Of a stretch of 64,000 nt of DNA, positions 24,680-37,940 are shown piece by piece. Below the pieces are notes generated by a model. That model did no database searches. It was not told the DNA's origin and saw only the letters and a program-made list of their open reading frames with translations. Each line of letters begins with the position of its first letter. Position 1 is the stretch's first letter. Both the position numbers and the translations under genes were made by a program. Source of the DNA: Isurus oxyrinchus. Its lineage: Eukaryota. Location: NCBI GenBank assembly GCA_026770705.1, contig JANJGN010000242.1:372001-436000 (forward strand), given 5' to 3'.

Positions 24680-27596
24680 CTAGAGAATATAGATAAAGGA
24701 CATTTTTTTTGTTCAGCCCTCGTTTGACCTGGTAACTATGTCAATCGCTTGAATAGCCCTGCTTTTTGTGTAATTTTACATGCTGGAAGCCTCTTTGAAC
24801 CATGTTCACTCTTATGAAAATATGATGCAGTGGGGAATGATGTGATAGCTTGTTTTGCATGGCGAACTCTTCCGATTAGTACTGTACTGTCTGAATTGGT
24901 GTTGGGGACAGATTCCATTGTAACTTTCAAAGGGGTAATGGATCTATACTGGAAATGTGAATAAAATTATAGAGCTATGGAGAAAATTCATGGGCAGCGT
25001 GAACAATTGGATTGCACTTTTAAAGACTCAGCGTCTACACGAGGGGCTGAATGTCATCATTCCGTGCTGGATAATTCTATGAGTTATGGTACATTCCAGT
25101 TTCTATTTTCCTTGGTGAGAGACAAACAGGAGGGAGCATTTCATGTTCAGCGAGGCAACCAGTTTCCTACAAAAAACATGTTTGTTCGAGAGGAACACAG
25201 CTGTGTTGCATGACTGTGCACAGCACGATCCAACACAAACTGATGGGAATCTTTAGCACCAATTGGGCAAAACCGAATGTGAGCATCAGTGGTCAAAGTT
25301 CAATCATTTACTGCGGTTCAAAACTAATCGGGAATTTCTATCTGCATTCTGCCCTACTTCTCAATGTTCTATCAATAGTGTCCTATTTTATCGAGCTCAG
25401 CTTAATTTATAATATATACAATAAATTTCATTTTATTTCTTTAATTTCACATTGCCTTCATTTCACATTTTATTTGTGCTCTTTGCATTTTTTCAATCGT
25501 GCGATCTTGCCCCACACCCTCAGTTTTCGGAAGGCTCAGTCTGTTGAGTTTCCGCAGTGGTTTTACTGTTACTCAGTGGCAACTGTCTCTACGGGCTCCA
25601 TGAAAATTTCAAAGCTTTTCGCCCATTGACTGATTCTCTCTCGGGTTCATTGTGCGGAGTTTTCTCTCAAGTTTACATTATCGAGGAAGAAGAATTTGGA
25701 AGAGGAATGGGCCCTTCAGCCTGTGTATATAATCAATTCCAGCTTGACCCCAGCAGAAATCTAACTGACCATTTCCAAAGAGCTCTCTGTGTTGGTCTGT
25801 TCCATTCTCCCTTCCGCATTTTCAAGTGTTCCACTAAATATATCAATACCAACTCCAACCTCTCCCTGTGGCAGCAACTTCCACATTCGAAACTGCCTAT
25901 GTTTAAAAACATTTGTCTTAAATTTTCTATTTGTTCTGTTAGTTACTGTCATATGTTGACGGCTACTGGTTTAGAAACAATTTGTCCAGACTAAAACCGT
26001 TCATTTTTGAAAAAGTTTCTATGGATATTCCTCTTAGTTCTGTTTTCCGGAAAAAAGAGACCCAGCCTGCTCAATCTTCCCAGGGAGATGTGGATTGTTG
26101 CTGATTTATTTACTCAGGAGTGTAAGAAAGCCAGGCAGAGAATCCAATCAATAGAAGCAGGAGTCCCAGAGCACCTTTCAAACCTGCTCAGCCATTCAGT
26201 AATATTCGGGCTGATTTACAAAATCAACGTCACATTCCCGCACTCTTCCCATATCCCTGATCCCTTTAGTGTCCGAAAACCTGGCGAATATTCTCTTGAA
26301 TGCACGCAGATTATGAACATCCAGAGCTCTCTCAGTTACGGAATGCCACAGATTGACAACAGTGGTTGTACAGAAGATATTTTTTCCTTCTCAGATGACT
26401 CTTTATTCTGAAGTTGTGACCCCGTTTTCTATACTCCTCAGTCTGGGTAATCTCCGGCTCAGATTCTGCCCTGTCAAAGCCCTTCTGTATATTAGATGTT
26501 TTCCTGAGATCACCTCTGATTCTTCTAAACACTAGGAAATATAGACCATTAGACTAAATCTCTTCCCATTGGACAATCCCTTCATCTCAGGAATCAGTCT
26601 GATGAATTCTTCATGTACTCCTTCCAAAGCAGATTGATCTTTCTTCTGCAAGGAGACCAAAATTTTACACAGCATTCCGGACTGGAGTCCATTTCAGTCC
26701 TTCCCTCGATACACCTCCCCCAACACTGAGTCGGATTGTACTTTGAAAGGTGCCTAGAAATCATCCAATCCTTCTCTCCCTTTCGGTTATTTCTTTCTTG
26801 CTGGTTCTAAATGAGCATTTTCCTTGTTTGTAACTTTTCCCTTATGCCCCTCCTCTCCTTTATGAGATGAATGCATCATTCTAACTTGCTCACTGCACTG
26901 TGTTGTTTCAATTCACAGTAATCAGGGATACAGATAAATTACACCAATCGCATCTCTCAAACATTTACATTCAAGAAAGAGAAGTCTCTGCAGTTCCAAA
27001 CTTTCACATTTCGGTCTGAGGGCGGAAAAGGAGGAACGTCATTGGTTCTATGAAGACAATTGATAGAAATAGCGGGGACAATGTCAATAATTTCCGTCAA
27101 TGATTGTCACATAATAAAATTTCATCTGGACCCGCATCAGGATCTCTTATATCTGAAGTCCCTTCTGTCAATTTCCACTTTTGCTCCCGTTTCAGTTATT
27201 GAATGGCCAGCTGCAGGTATCCGAACTGGCCGCAGTTGTGTTCAGTTTATTCACCCGCTTTCTGCTTCACATTGCGCGTCTCGGACTGCAATCTGCTGCC
27301 CAGGAGAGAGCTCTGTGACCCCAATCCCGGGCTCTAAGGGACAGACAGAGCTCCCTCGGTCACAGTAAACACAGGGGATGGAGTCCGGATTGTGGACAAT
27401 CTCCGCTCATTAAAAGCGATTCAGAGTGTGAGAGACTGTGATATTGATGTTGTCCCCGATGTGCCCGTTACAACAATAATGGTCCAGATTCCACCAAATC
27501 CCACATCCCAACTAAACTACACTAATCTCAATAATAAACTGACCGTGAACATTACACGGGACAGGCTGTAACCTGGCGGGGTTTGGAGTTACTTAC

Positions 27597-27649
27597 CCGC
27601 TGTGACAGTCACCACCGTCCCGGATCCATCCGCATAATCAGTAACCCAA
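27597..27649 (-). CDS. NAR-TCR J segment 3
   Basis: WVTDYADGSGTVVTVTA, GT donor intact, heptamer 27650-27656, 23-bp spacer. Confidence 0.9.
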
Positions 27650-28033
27650 CACAGTGCCACCGCTCTCAGTCTGCCTGGTACAACAACCACCCCGACACCT
27701 CAACCTGCCGGGAAGTCATCATCAGACAGTAGAAACTGTCCAATTATTCAGCGGGTTTAATTAAGTAAAAACTGTTCAATGTTTCAAAGTCTCTGTCGGT
27801 TCAAACTGTTCTTTGTGAGGCTCTGAGCTCTGAGTAAATGAACCCCGGGACAAGATGCTCGCTTCATATAAACCGAGAAAAATATCAAAGAAAGAGAACT
27901 GAATGGTGAAAATTACAATGAAATTTAACCAGATTCCAGCGATAATAACATGAATCCGAGAATTCACTATCCGTGCCCGGAGAATTTATATTTAAATTAT
28001 ACAGAGGCATTTGCTCAGGTCTCTCCTATTGTG

Positions 28034-28050
28034 ACTCCCCCACCCAACCA
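28034..28050 (-). other. NAR-TCR D segment 3 (TGGTTGGGTGGGGGAGT), defective 5' heptamer
   Basis: Same position as the other D segments; 5' heptamer CTCAGTG, 3' heptamer CACAATA. Confidence 0.8.
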
Positions 28051-28444
28051 CTCAGTGTTCCAAGTCAGTATAAAATCCCCCGGGTACTTGGTGCGATGTG
28101 GGGACATTAGGTTAAACACCGTGGACTGCGATTGCCAGTTACAGCTGTTAGACCAGGATCACATCTGGTGTTAGGGGTTTGTAACTGGGATCAGCCATTC
28201 CCAATCCCCATTCACTGACACCAATCCCAGGAAAGACATCACCATCCGCACACACTCGGTTGCTTTAAAACTCAAGATGTTAGCTGCAATAATCCAATCT
28301 CATTATAAACTAGACTCTGGGGCAGACGGTGTGAGGTGGAACTGTGAGGGTTTAACTGCAGATTAACTCCGCTTTTTCATTTGTTTCTGTGATAATCTGC
28401 AGTGAGAGTTTTTGTATCGCGGGATTCCGAAGTCCATATCTGTG

Positions 28445-28923
28445 TTCTTTGTACTCGTACTGAGCTTTACAGTAATAGGTGGCGGTGTCTTCAACCATCA
28501 CATCGCGAATTTCCAGTGAAAATTTCTTTTCTGCTTTATTCACCGACACAACAAATCTTCCCCCGCTAGAGATCCGCTCCCGCTCCGTCCCGGTTTAGAT
28601 TTGTCTGAAGAAATCCCCGCCCGTCAAAGGATGAGCGAAAAAAACACCATAGAAAACACAGGTGATGGTGAGAGACTGACACTCCTTCCTGGTCACCGCT
28701 GCCGTGGTCTGTGTCACTGAGTGACTGAAATAGCTTGGAAATTAAACAGAGAGAGTTTAATGGACATCAGAGCCGAACAACAGAACGGGGCTATCCCCCA
28801 GACAGTGTCTGTAATTGGGATGGACGTGGGCGGCTTTATATTAAACCCACAAAATGTCCGTTTGTTTGATCGGTACTCACGGGGTTAACAGACACACAGG
28901 GTGAAAACAAAGAGGATTCCCAT
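28445..28923 (-). pseudogene. NAR-TCR V segment 3, pseudogene
   Basis: TAA in the leader, acceptor AG->AA at 28735-28736, TAA in FR2, heptamer CACAGAT. Confidence 0.9.
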
Positions 28924-30569
28924 CGTTCTGCTACCTGGAGCTGAGGCTTTATGTGACGGGGAGCTGGAGACTGCAGCCCTGGACTGCACTTGGAGACCGG
29001 GCCTCAGATCTGGACTGAAATATTCTAGGGGGTTCGAGTTGATTTGCACAGGGCAGTTGCGCTGAGATTCATTGTTATGCCGCACGGTTCCCGGGTCGCT
29101 AGTTAAGTGTTGTGCGAATAAGAGACAGGTTTATGAAAGGCGGCAGCAATTTTCTGACTCTACATTTGGATTGTGATCCAGATGTGAAAGCCCCTCCCAC
29201 AAGACTCTGGTTGACGGGTGTGGGGGAGCGGAAGAGCTTTCCTTTCTGCCAGTGACGAACTGGGAGACCGGTGCATGTATTTATATTGGGTGGTCTTTGT
29301 TAAAGGTGGAATGTGGTCCCAGGACATCAGGAGAATCCCCCTGTCCCGCTTTTTTCCCAATATTCCGGACATTGTTGCCTGGTTCCTGTGACGCCGGAAG
29401 GTATCTGCTGTTTCGGAACACGAAATCACAAGGTTTGCTTTAAATACCCATAGAACCGCCCCTCTGCCAACACAGGAGTGACCTTGAGCTATGAGCCCCA
29501 CACGGGCTTCATTGGTAAACCGGACCCCGTACAATTAAACCACTTCCCCAAAACCATTGACCAAAATTTATTTCACTTGCAGCATGTCCAGTTCGGTTAA
29601 AATTTTACCGATCTGAAACGTTAGCTCTGATTCTCTAGCCCCTGAGAAGCATCCTAACTGGCTAACATTTACTTTCTCAGAATTTTCTGTTCTTTTATTT
29701 CAGATTTGCAGCATCTCTGGTTTTCGGCATTTCGATTATTGCATCGTGTGGGAGTGGATTGGAACCCCTGCTGTGTTTAACTTGTCTCTGAGCTGTGCTG
29801 ATTATATTTGATCGATTCTAACGCCTCCTGGTCTTTGGCCAGTGCACTGGGGTGTGGGGGGGGGGGGGGGGGGCGGTGCGGGGGTGTGGGGGTGGACCTC
29901 GCACCGAGAGACTGGGAAAAATGGTTGTTTTACACATTTGTTTTATTCTTTCATGGGATGTGGGCGTTGCTGGTTGGTCAGCATTTATTGCCCTGCTCTA
30001 ATTGCCCTTGTTCAAGGGCATTTAAGAGTCAAGCGCATTGATGTGGGCCCGGAGTCTGATGTAGGCCAGACTAGGTAAGGGCAGTAGATTTCCCTCCCTG
30101 AAGCACAATAGTGAAGCAGGTGTTTTTATTAACGGAAATCGATAATGGTTCAGTGGTCATCATTAGACTTGTAAATCCACAGTATTAGGAGAATTGTTGT
30201 TGCACAGTGTATGCAGGTTTGGAGAGTCAGCGTGTCTTTCAGAGTCAGCCGCTGACTTTTGAAATATTCTATCATTGTCTTTCAGGAAGAAATGGCGAAG
30301 ATTCAGGTTCTGAACATCTTTCAGAATGAAGGGGTTGTGAAATGCCCTAGATATCACTGCACTGTGGTTACTCACCATCTTCCGTCAGTTTCCGTTTTAC
30401 CACCTCCAAATTTGCTTGGAATCTCTGAGATGTTCACCGAGTATCGGAGCTCAGTGCTGGGGTACATGTCCCAGTCATGGCGTCTGCTGTTTTACACGAA
30501 AAAAAACGATACGGTTCCCTTAATACTGATAGAGCCCTTCAATTCGATATCGCCTTCTATTGGTGTGCT

Positions 30570-31139
30570 GGACACTGCCGGATTCACACACGCACGCTGC
30601 GCTCAGGCGCAGACACACACAAACACAGACACAACTTTAGCTATCTACCCTCTGCTGGACACTGTCATGATCTCACTCTCTCTCTCTCTCAGACACACAC
30701 ACACACACACACTTTAAGCAATCTAACCACTGCTGGACACTGTGATAATCACAAACACACGCACATACACACAAACACACACACACACACACACACACAT
30801 TTAGATAATCTACCTTCTGCTGGACACTGCCGGAAACTCTCTCACACACACGCACACAAACACAAATACACACACGCACACACGCACACGCCTTTACGAA
30901 ACTACCCTCGCATGGACACACACACACAAACCTTTAGCAATCTACCTTCTGCTGCACACTGTGATAATCACACACACACACACACAAATGGACACACTTT
31001 ACGCAATCTACCATCTGCTGCAGAGTGCCAAAATCACACACACACACCTTTTGCAATCCACCTTCTGATGGACATGCCGGAATCACTCACAGACACACAC
31101 ACATTTAGATAATCTAACTTCTGCTGGACACTGCCTCAA

Positions 31140-31183
<44 letters not shown>

Positions 31184-31440
31184 CTTTAGCAAGCTACCGT
31201 CGCATACACACACGCACACACAAACCTTTAGCAATCTACCGTCTGCTGGACACTGTGATAATCACACACACACACACGCACACACATACAAACTTTTAGC
31301 TCTGCTGGACTCTATGATAATCACACACACACGCACGCACACACACATTAAGCAATCTACCCTCTGCTGTAGAGTGTCATAATCTCACACACAGACTTAT
31401 AGCAACTTAACTTCTGCTGGACACTGCCGGAATCACACTC
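30570..31440. repeat. Complex CA-rich satellite
   Basis: Same unit as 19440-20285. Confidence 0.9.
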
Positions 31441-34364
31441 CTTAACCGTTCTGCTTTTCCTTCTGCGAAGTGTGATGCGGTGGCGTAGGAGCCTTGTCAC
31501 TGCACCAGTAACCCAGGGTAATATCCCCGGTTCAAAACCCGCCATAGCACTTGAATTTAATAATTATCTTGAATTACCTTCACCGGGAAACCACTGTTAA
31601 CTGTCATGAAAAAAACTAACTGGCTCACAGATGGTTTGTCCTGCAGGGGACTCTAAACACGGAACTAGTTAGAAATGCTGACTCTCACTTGGCAGGGCTC
31701 TGATATCAGCAGCGAGTCTACATATCAGCTTTTATGCTCCCATCCAAATAATTTTGGAGTATAAAAACAGATAATTATGGCCATAATCGGCAAGTTGGTA
31801 AACATGGCAGAGCGAATCAGAAATAAGGATTCATTTACGTGACATTTCATCTGAACCAAATTTGAGGAATTGGAAGATTCTGGTGAAAGGTCACAGACTG
31901 GAAACTTCGTTCTCTTTCTGGTTATGCTTCCAGACTTTTCATTTTGTGTTTCGAATTTGGTTAACATTTTGCTGCGAGATACAAGAGAGGAGGGGGGAAT
32001 ATCACCCGCAGGGCAATCGCAGGCGCATTGTTTTAGGATCAATTTAGTCACATTTTGGGACGAGAATAAATATGCCCACATTGCGGACACTTCAGTTTAA
32101 GCACGGATTTTACTGTATAATTATATTAATGTTCTTTAAGAATCATCACACAACGGTACAAAAGAAACACGCAGGATCTCTCTCGGTTCCCTGGTACATC
32201 ATCAGACAATGAAGCTCCCAACGTAGCAATTTATTTCCCCTTATTTCTTAAACTTTACGTTCCCTTTTTTTTCACATTTTCTTTGTGCTGTTTTGACTTT
32301 TTGCAATCGTGGGAACTTGCCCCAAACTCTCTAAGTTGTCTGTTGGGCTCAGCCTGTTCAGTTTCCGCAGTGGTTTTACTGTTACTCACTGGGAACTGCC
32401 GCTTCCGGCTCTCTGACAATTCGTGCTCTTTCCGTTCATTAACTGATCCTCTCCCGGGTTCACTGGGTGGAGATTTCTCTCAGTTTTACATTATCGAGGA
32501 GGAGGAATGCGGAGGGGAAATGGGCCATTCAACCTGTGTATATCATCACTTCCGGTCAAACCCCATCAGGAATCTTATTGACCATTTACATCCAGTTCCC
32601 TGTGTTGTTCTGTTCCGTTCTCCCTCCTGCATTTCAAGTGTTCCACTAAATATATCAATACTGTCTCCAACCTCTCCCCGTGGCAGCAAGTTCCACATTC
32701 TGACCTGCCTTTGTTTCAATTCATTTGTCTTAAATGTTTTATTTGTTCTGTTATTTACTATCATATGTTGACGGCTATTGCTTTAGACTCAAATTGTCCA
32801 GACTGACACCGTCCATTATTGAGAAGATTTCTATGGACATTCCTCTTGGTTTTGTTTTCCAGAAAAAAGAGACGCAGCCTGTTCAATATTCCTAGAGAGA
32901 TGTGGATTGTTGCTGATTTCTTTACTCAGGAGTGTAAGAAATCAGGGCAGAGAATCCAATCAATAGAAGCAGAAGCTCACATATGACGTTTCAAACCTGC
33001 TCAGCCATTCAGTAATATCCGGGCTGATTTACAACCTCAATGTCACATTCCCGCACTCTCCCCAGATCCCTGATCCCTTTACTGTCCGAAAACCTGATTA
33101 ATATACTCTTGAATGCACACAGATTATGAACACCCATATCTCTCTGAGTTACGAACTACCACAGATTCAAAACAACGGTTCTGCTGAAGATATGTTTTCC
33201 TTCTCAGATGACTCTTTATTCTGAAGCTGTGACCCCGAGTTCTATACTCCTCAGTCTGGGGAGACACCGACCCAGAATCTGCCCTGTCAAAGCCCTTCAG
33301 TATATTAGATGTTTTCATGAGATCACCATTCATTCTTCTAAACTCTAGGAAATGTCGACCGAGACGACACAATCTCTTCCCAAAGGTCAATCCATTCACC
33401 TCAGGAAGCACTCTGATGAATCTTTGCTGCACTTCTTTCAATGCAGATTGATCTCCCTTCTGTAAGGGGAAGAAAGCTTTACACAGCATTTCGAACTGGA
33501 GTCTATTTCAGTCCTTCCCTCCTAAAGCTTATTCACCACGGAGTCGGATTGTACTTTGAAAGGCGCCCAGAAATCATCCAACCCTTCTCCCACTTTCGAT
33601 TATTTTTTTATCTTTCTGGTTCTGAATGAGCATTCTCCTAGTTTGTAATTGTTCCCTTATGTTCCTCATGCTCTCACTGCACTGTGTTGCTTATTCACAG
33701 TATTCAGGAATACAGATACATTTCAGCAATCCCATCGCTCATGATAGATGAGTATCTGCAGTTCCAAACTTTTACATTTCGGTCTGAGGGCGGAAAAGGG
33801 GAAGAGTGTTTGGTTCTTTGGAGACAATTGAAAGAAATGGCGGGTGCATTGCTACTAATTTTAGTCACTGATTTTCCAATAATAAAATTCCACCTGGACC
33901 CACATTAGGGTGTCTTATATCTGAATTCCCTTTTGTCACTCTCCCGTTTTTCTCCCGGGTGAGTTATTGAACGAGCCTCTGCAGGTTTCCGATATGACGC
34001 AGTTTGTTCAGTTTATTGACCCGGTGCCTCATTCATGTTGTGCGGCTCATACTGCAATCTGCTGCCCAGGAGGGAGCTCTATTACCCCGCTGCCGAGTTC
34101 TAAGGGACAGACAGAGCTCCCTCAGTCACAGTTAACACCGGGAGTGGGGTCTGGATTGTCGACAGTCTGCACTCATTAAAAGCGACTCAGATTGTGAGAG
34201 TTCGTGATGTTGATGTTATCCCCGATGTGCCCGTTGATGCAATAATGGTCCAGATCCAGTCAACTACCACATCCCACCCAAACCCTCCACTGATATCAAT
34301 AATAAACTGACGGTGAACATTACCCGGGATAGTCTGTAACCCGGCGGGCTTTGAAGTTTCTTAG

Positions 34365-34420
34365 CGGCTGTGACAATCACCGCCGTCCCGGATCCATACA
34401 CAGAATCATATTTATAATCA
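34365..34420 (-). pseudogene. NAR-TCR J segment 4, defective
   Basis: DYKYDSVYGSGTAVIVTA; donor GT->CT; heptamer AACAGTG. Confidence 0.88.
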
Positions 34421-34802
34421 AACAGTGGCACCGCTCTCGGTGTCCGCGGTGCAACAACCATCGACACCTCAATCTGCTGGGAAGTCATCATCAGACAGTT
34501 GAAACTGCGCAATTATTCAGCGGATTTAAATAAATAAACAATATTCATCATTTTAAAGTCTCGGTTGTTTCAAACTGTTGTTTGTAAGGCACGGAGCTCT
34601 GAGTAAATGGTCCCGGGAACGAGATATTCTCTTCATAAAAACCGAGAAAATTATGAAAGAAAGATAACAGAATGATTTAAACTACAATGCAATGTAACTA
34701 AATTACTGCAATAATAACATCAACCCGACAATTCACTATCAGGGCTCGGAGAATTTATATTGTGATCGTTCAGAGGTATTTGCTCAGGTCTCTCCCACTG
34801 TG

Positions 34803-35111
34803 ACTGTCCCAAAATAATGTTGCCGTAGTATCTGTACTGAGCATTACAGTAATAGGTGGTGCTGCCTTCAACTCTCACATCCCGAATTCCCAGCGAAAAT
34901 GTCTTTTCTGCTTTATTCACCGACACAGCAAATCTCCCTCCGCTGGAGATCCGCTCCCGCTCTGTCCCGGTCGGGGTTTGTCTGAAGAAATTCCCGTCCG
35001 TCAAAGGACGAGCGTAGAAACCACCATAGAAATCACAGGTGATGGTGAGAGACTGACACACCTTCCAGGTCACCGCTGCCGTGTTCTGTGTCACTGACTG
35101 TCTGAAAGAGC
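34803..35111 (-). other. Pre-joined NAR-TCR V-D exon (V4D4), open frame, leader deleted
   Basis: YYCNAQYRY-YGNI-ILGQ directly followed by the D 3' 12-RSS; D at 34803-34817, junction at 34818-34827; acceptor intact; V-intron homology ends at ~35175. Confidence 0.9.
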
Positions 35112-36616
35112 CTGGAAATTACACAGAGAGACTTTAATGGACCATCAGAGCCTGACCACAGAAAGAAGTTAAAATAGATTCGGGAGCCCCCATATCACCT
35201 TTCAAACCTGCTCGGCCATTCATTAATAACCGGGCTGATTTACAACCTCAATATCACATTCCCGCACTCTCCCAATATCCCTGATCCCTTTAATATCCGA
35301 AAACCTGGCGAATATTCTCTTGAATGCACACCGATTTGAACACCCACAGCTCTCTGAGTTACGGAATGCCACAGATTTACAACAATGGTTGTACTGAAGA
35401 TGTTCTTTCCTTCTCAGAAGGCTCCTTATTCTGAAGCTGTAACCCCGAGTTATACAGTCCTCAGTCTGGGAAACTCCGGCCCAGGATCTGCCCTGTCAAA
35501 GCCCTTCAGAATATTTTATGTTTTCATCAGATCGTCTCTCATTCTTCTAAACTCTAGGAAGTATAGACCGAGACAACCAAATCTCATCCAATTGGACAAT
35601 CCCTTCATCACTGGAATCAGTTTGATGAACCTTTGCTGCACTCCTTCCAATGCACATTGATCTCTCTTCTGTAAGGAGACCAAAATTTTACACAGCATGT
35701 CGGACTGGAGGAGATTTCAGTCCTTTCCTCCATAAACATCCCCCAACACCGGGTCGAATTGTATATTGAAAGGTGCCCAGAAATCACCCAATCCTTCTCT
35801 CGCTTTCGAGTATTTTTTTCTTGCTGGTTCAAAATGAGCATTCTCCTTGTTTGTAATTGTTCCCTTATGGCCCTCCTCTACTTAATAAGATTAATGCATC
35901 ATCCTCACTCGTTCACTGTACTGTGTTGTTTCAATTCACAGTAATCAGGGATACAGATAAATTACACCAATCCCATCTCCCAAACGTTTACATTCAATAT
36001 AGGGAAGTGACTGCAGTTCCAAACTTTCCCGTTTCGGTCTGAGAGTGGAAACGGAAGAAAGTGATTGATTATGTGAAGCCAATTGATAGAAATGGCGGCG
36101 ACGATGTCACTAATTTCAGTCACTGATTGTCAAATATTAAAATTTCATCTGGAACCACATCAGGATCTCTTTTACCTGAAGTCCCTTGTGTCACTCTCCC
36201 GTATTTCGCCCGGGTCAGATATTGAACGACCCGCTGCAGGTATCCGAACTGGCTGCAGTTGTGTTGCGTTTATTCACCCGGTGCCTCATCCACATTGTGC
36301 GGCTCGGACTGCAATATGCTGCCCTGGAGAAAGCTCTGTGACCCCGCTCCCGGGCTCTAAGGGACAGATTTTTCTCCCTCGGTCACAGTTAACACCGGGA
36401 GTGCAGTCCGGACTCTCGACAATCTCCGCTCATTGAAAAATATTCAGTGTGAGAGTCCGTGATGTTGATGTTGTCCCCGAGTGCCCGTTACAACAATAAT
36501 GACCCAGATTCCGCCAAATCCCACATCCCACCTAAACCACACTAATCTCAATAATAAACTGACGGTGAACATTACACTGGACAGGCTGTAACCCGCCCAG
36601 GTTTGGAGCTACTTAC

Positions 36617-36669
36617 CGGCTCTGAAAGTCACCACCGTCGTGGATCCTTCCGCATAATCAGTTTCCCAA
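36617..36669 (-). CDS. NAR-TCR J segment 5 (degenerate GxG motif)
   Basis: WETDYAEGSTTVVTFRA, GT donor intact, RSS CACACTG-23-ACAACATCC. Confidence 0.85.
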
Positions 36670-37051
36670 CACACTGACACCGCTCTCAGTGTTCCCGGTA
36701 CAACATCCAACGACACATCAAGTTGCCGGCAAATCATCATCAGACAGTAGAAACCGCTCAAGTATTCAGCGGATTTAAATAAATAAAAAATGTTCAATGT
36801 CTCAAAGTCTCTGTCGGTTCAAACTGTTCTTTCTGAGGCCCTGAGCTCTGAGTAAATGATCCCCGGAACGAGATGCTCGCTTCAAATAAACCGAGAAAAA
36901 TATTAAAGAAAGATAACTGAAAGGTGGAAATTACAACGAAATTGAACCAGATTCCAGCGATAACAATATGAACCCGACAATACACTCTCCGGGCCTGGAG
37001 AATTTGTATTGTGATCTCAGAGAGGTATTAGCTCGGGTCTCTCCCACTGTG

Positions 37052-37067
37052 AGTTTCTCAAACACCA
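37052..37067 (-). other. NAR-TCR D segment 5 (TGGTGTTTGAGAAACT), 12/12 RSS
   Basis: Consensus heptamers 37045-37051 and 37068-37074. Confidence 0.88.
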
Positions 37068-37460
37068 CACAGTGTTACAAGTCATTATAAAATCCCCCGG
37101 CAACTTGGTGAGATGTGGGCACATTAGTTCAACACCGGGGACTGCGGTTCCCGCTTCCAGCTGTAAGACCAGGATCACATTTGGTGTTAGGGGTTTGTAA
37201 TTGGGATCAGCCATTCCCAATCCCCATTCACTGACACCAATCCCAGGAAAGACATCACCATCCGCACACACTCGGCAGTTTTGAAACTCAAGATGTTAAC
37301 TGCAATAATCCAATCTCATTATAAACTAGACTGTGGGGCAGACGGTGTGAGGCGGAACTGTGGGGGTTTAACTGCAGATTAACTCCGCTTTTTCATTTGT
37401 TTCTGTGATAATCTGCAGTGAGAGTTTTTGTATCGCGGGAAACTGAGGCCCATCACTGTG

Positions 37461-37940
37461 TTTTCGGTATTCGTACTGAGCTTTACAGTAATAGGTGGCG
37501 GTGTCTTCAACTCTCACATCCCGAATTTCCAGCGAAAAGGTCTTTTCTGCTTTATTTACCGACACAACAAATCTCCCTCCGCTCGAGTTCCGCTCCCGCT
37601 CTTTCCCGGTCTGGGTTTGTCTGAAGAAATCCTCACCTGTGAAAGGACGGGCGAAAAAACCACCAGAGAAAACACAGGTCATGGTGAGAGACTCAAATTC
37701 CTTCCTGATCACCGCTGCGGGAGTCTGCACCACTGAATGACCGAAAGTGCCTGGAAGTTAAACAGAAAGCGTTTATGGAGCATCAAAGCCGGACCAGAGA
37801 ACGGGGTTAAACCCCCAGACAGTGTCTGTAATTGGGATGGACTCGGCCAGCTTTATATTAAATCCCCACAATGTCGGTTTGTCTGATCGGTATTCAAGGG
37901 GTAACCAGACACACAGGGTGAAAACAAGGAGGATTCCATT
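37461..37940 (-). pseudogene. NAR-TCR V segment 5; open V exon (37461-37750), dead leader
   Basis: Leader start reads AAT GGA (ATG out of frame), donor GT->TT; FR1 Cys lost (KEFES); RSS intact. Confidence 0.87.

Noticed and set aside
34264-34364. J4/J8 read-through into a hydrophobic tail (VMFTVSLLLISV) as a membrane anchor
   Set aside because: Short, intron-derived, and the J heptamer is dead (AACAGTG), so it is unlikely to be joined to a V.
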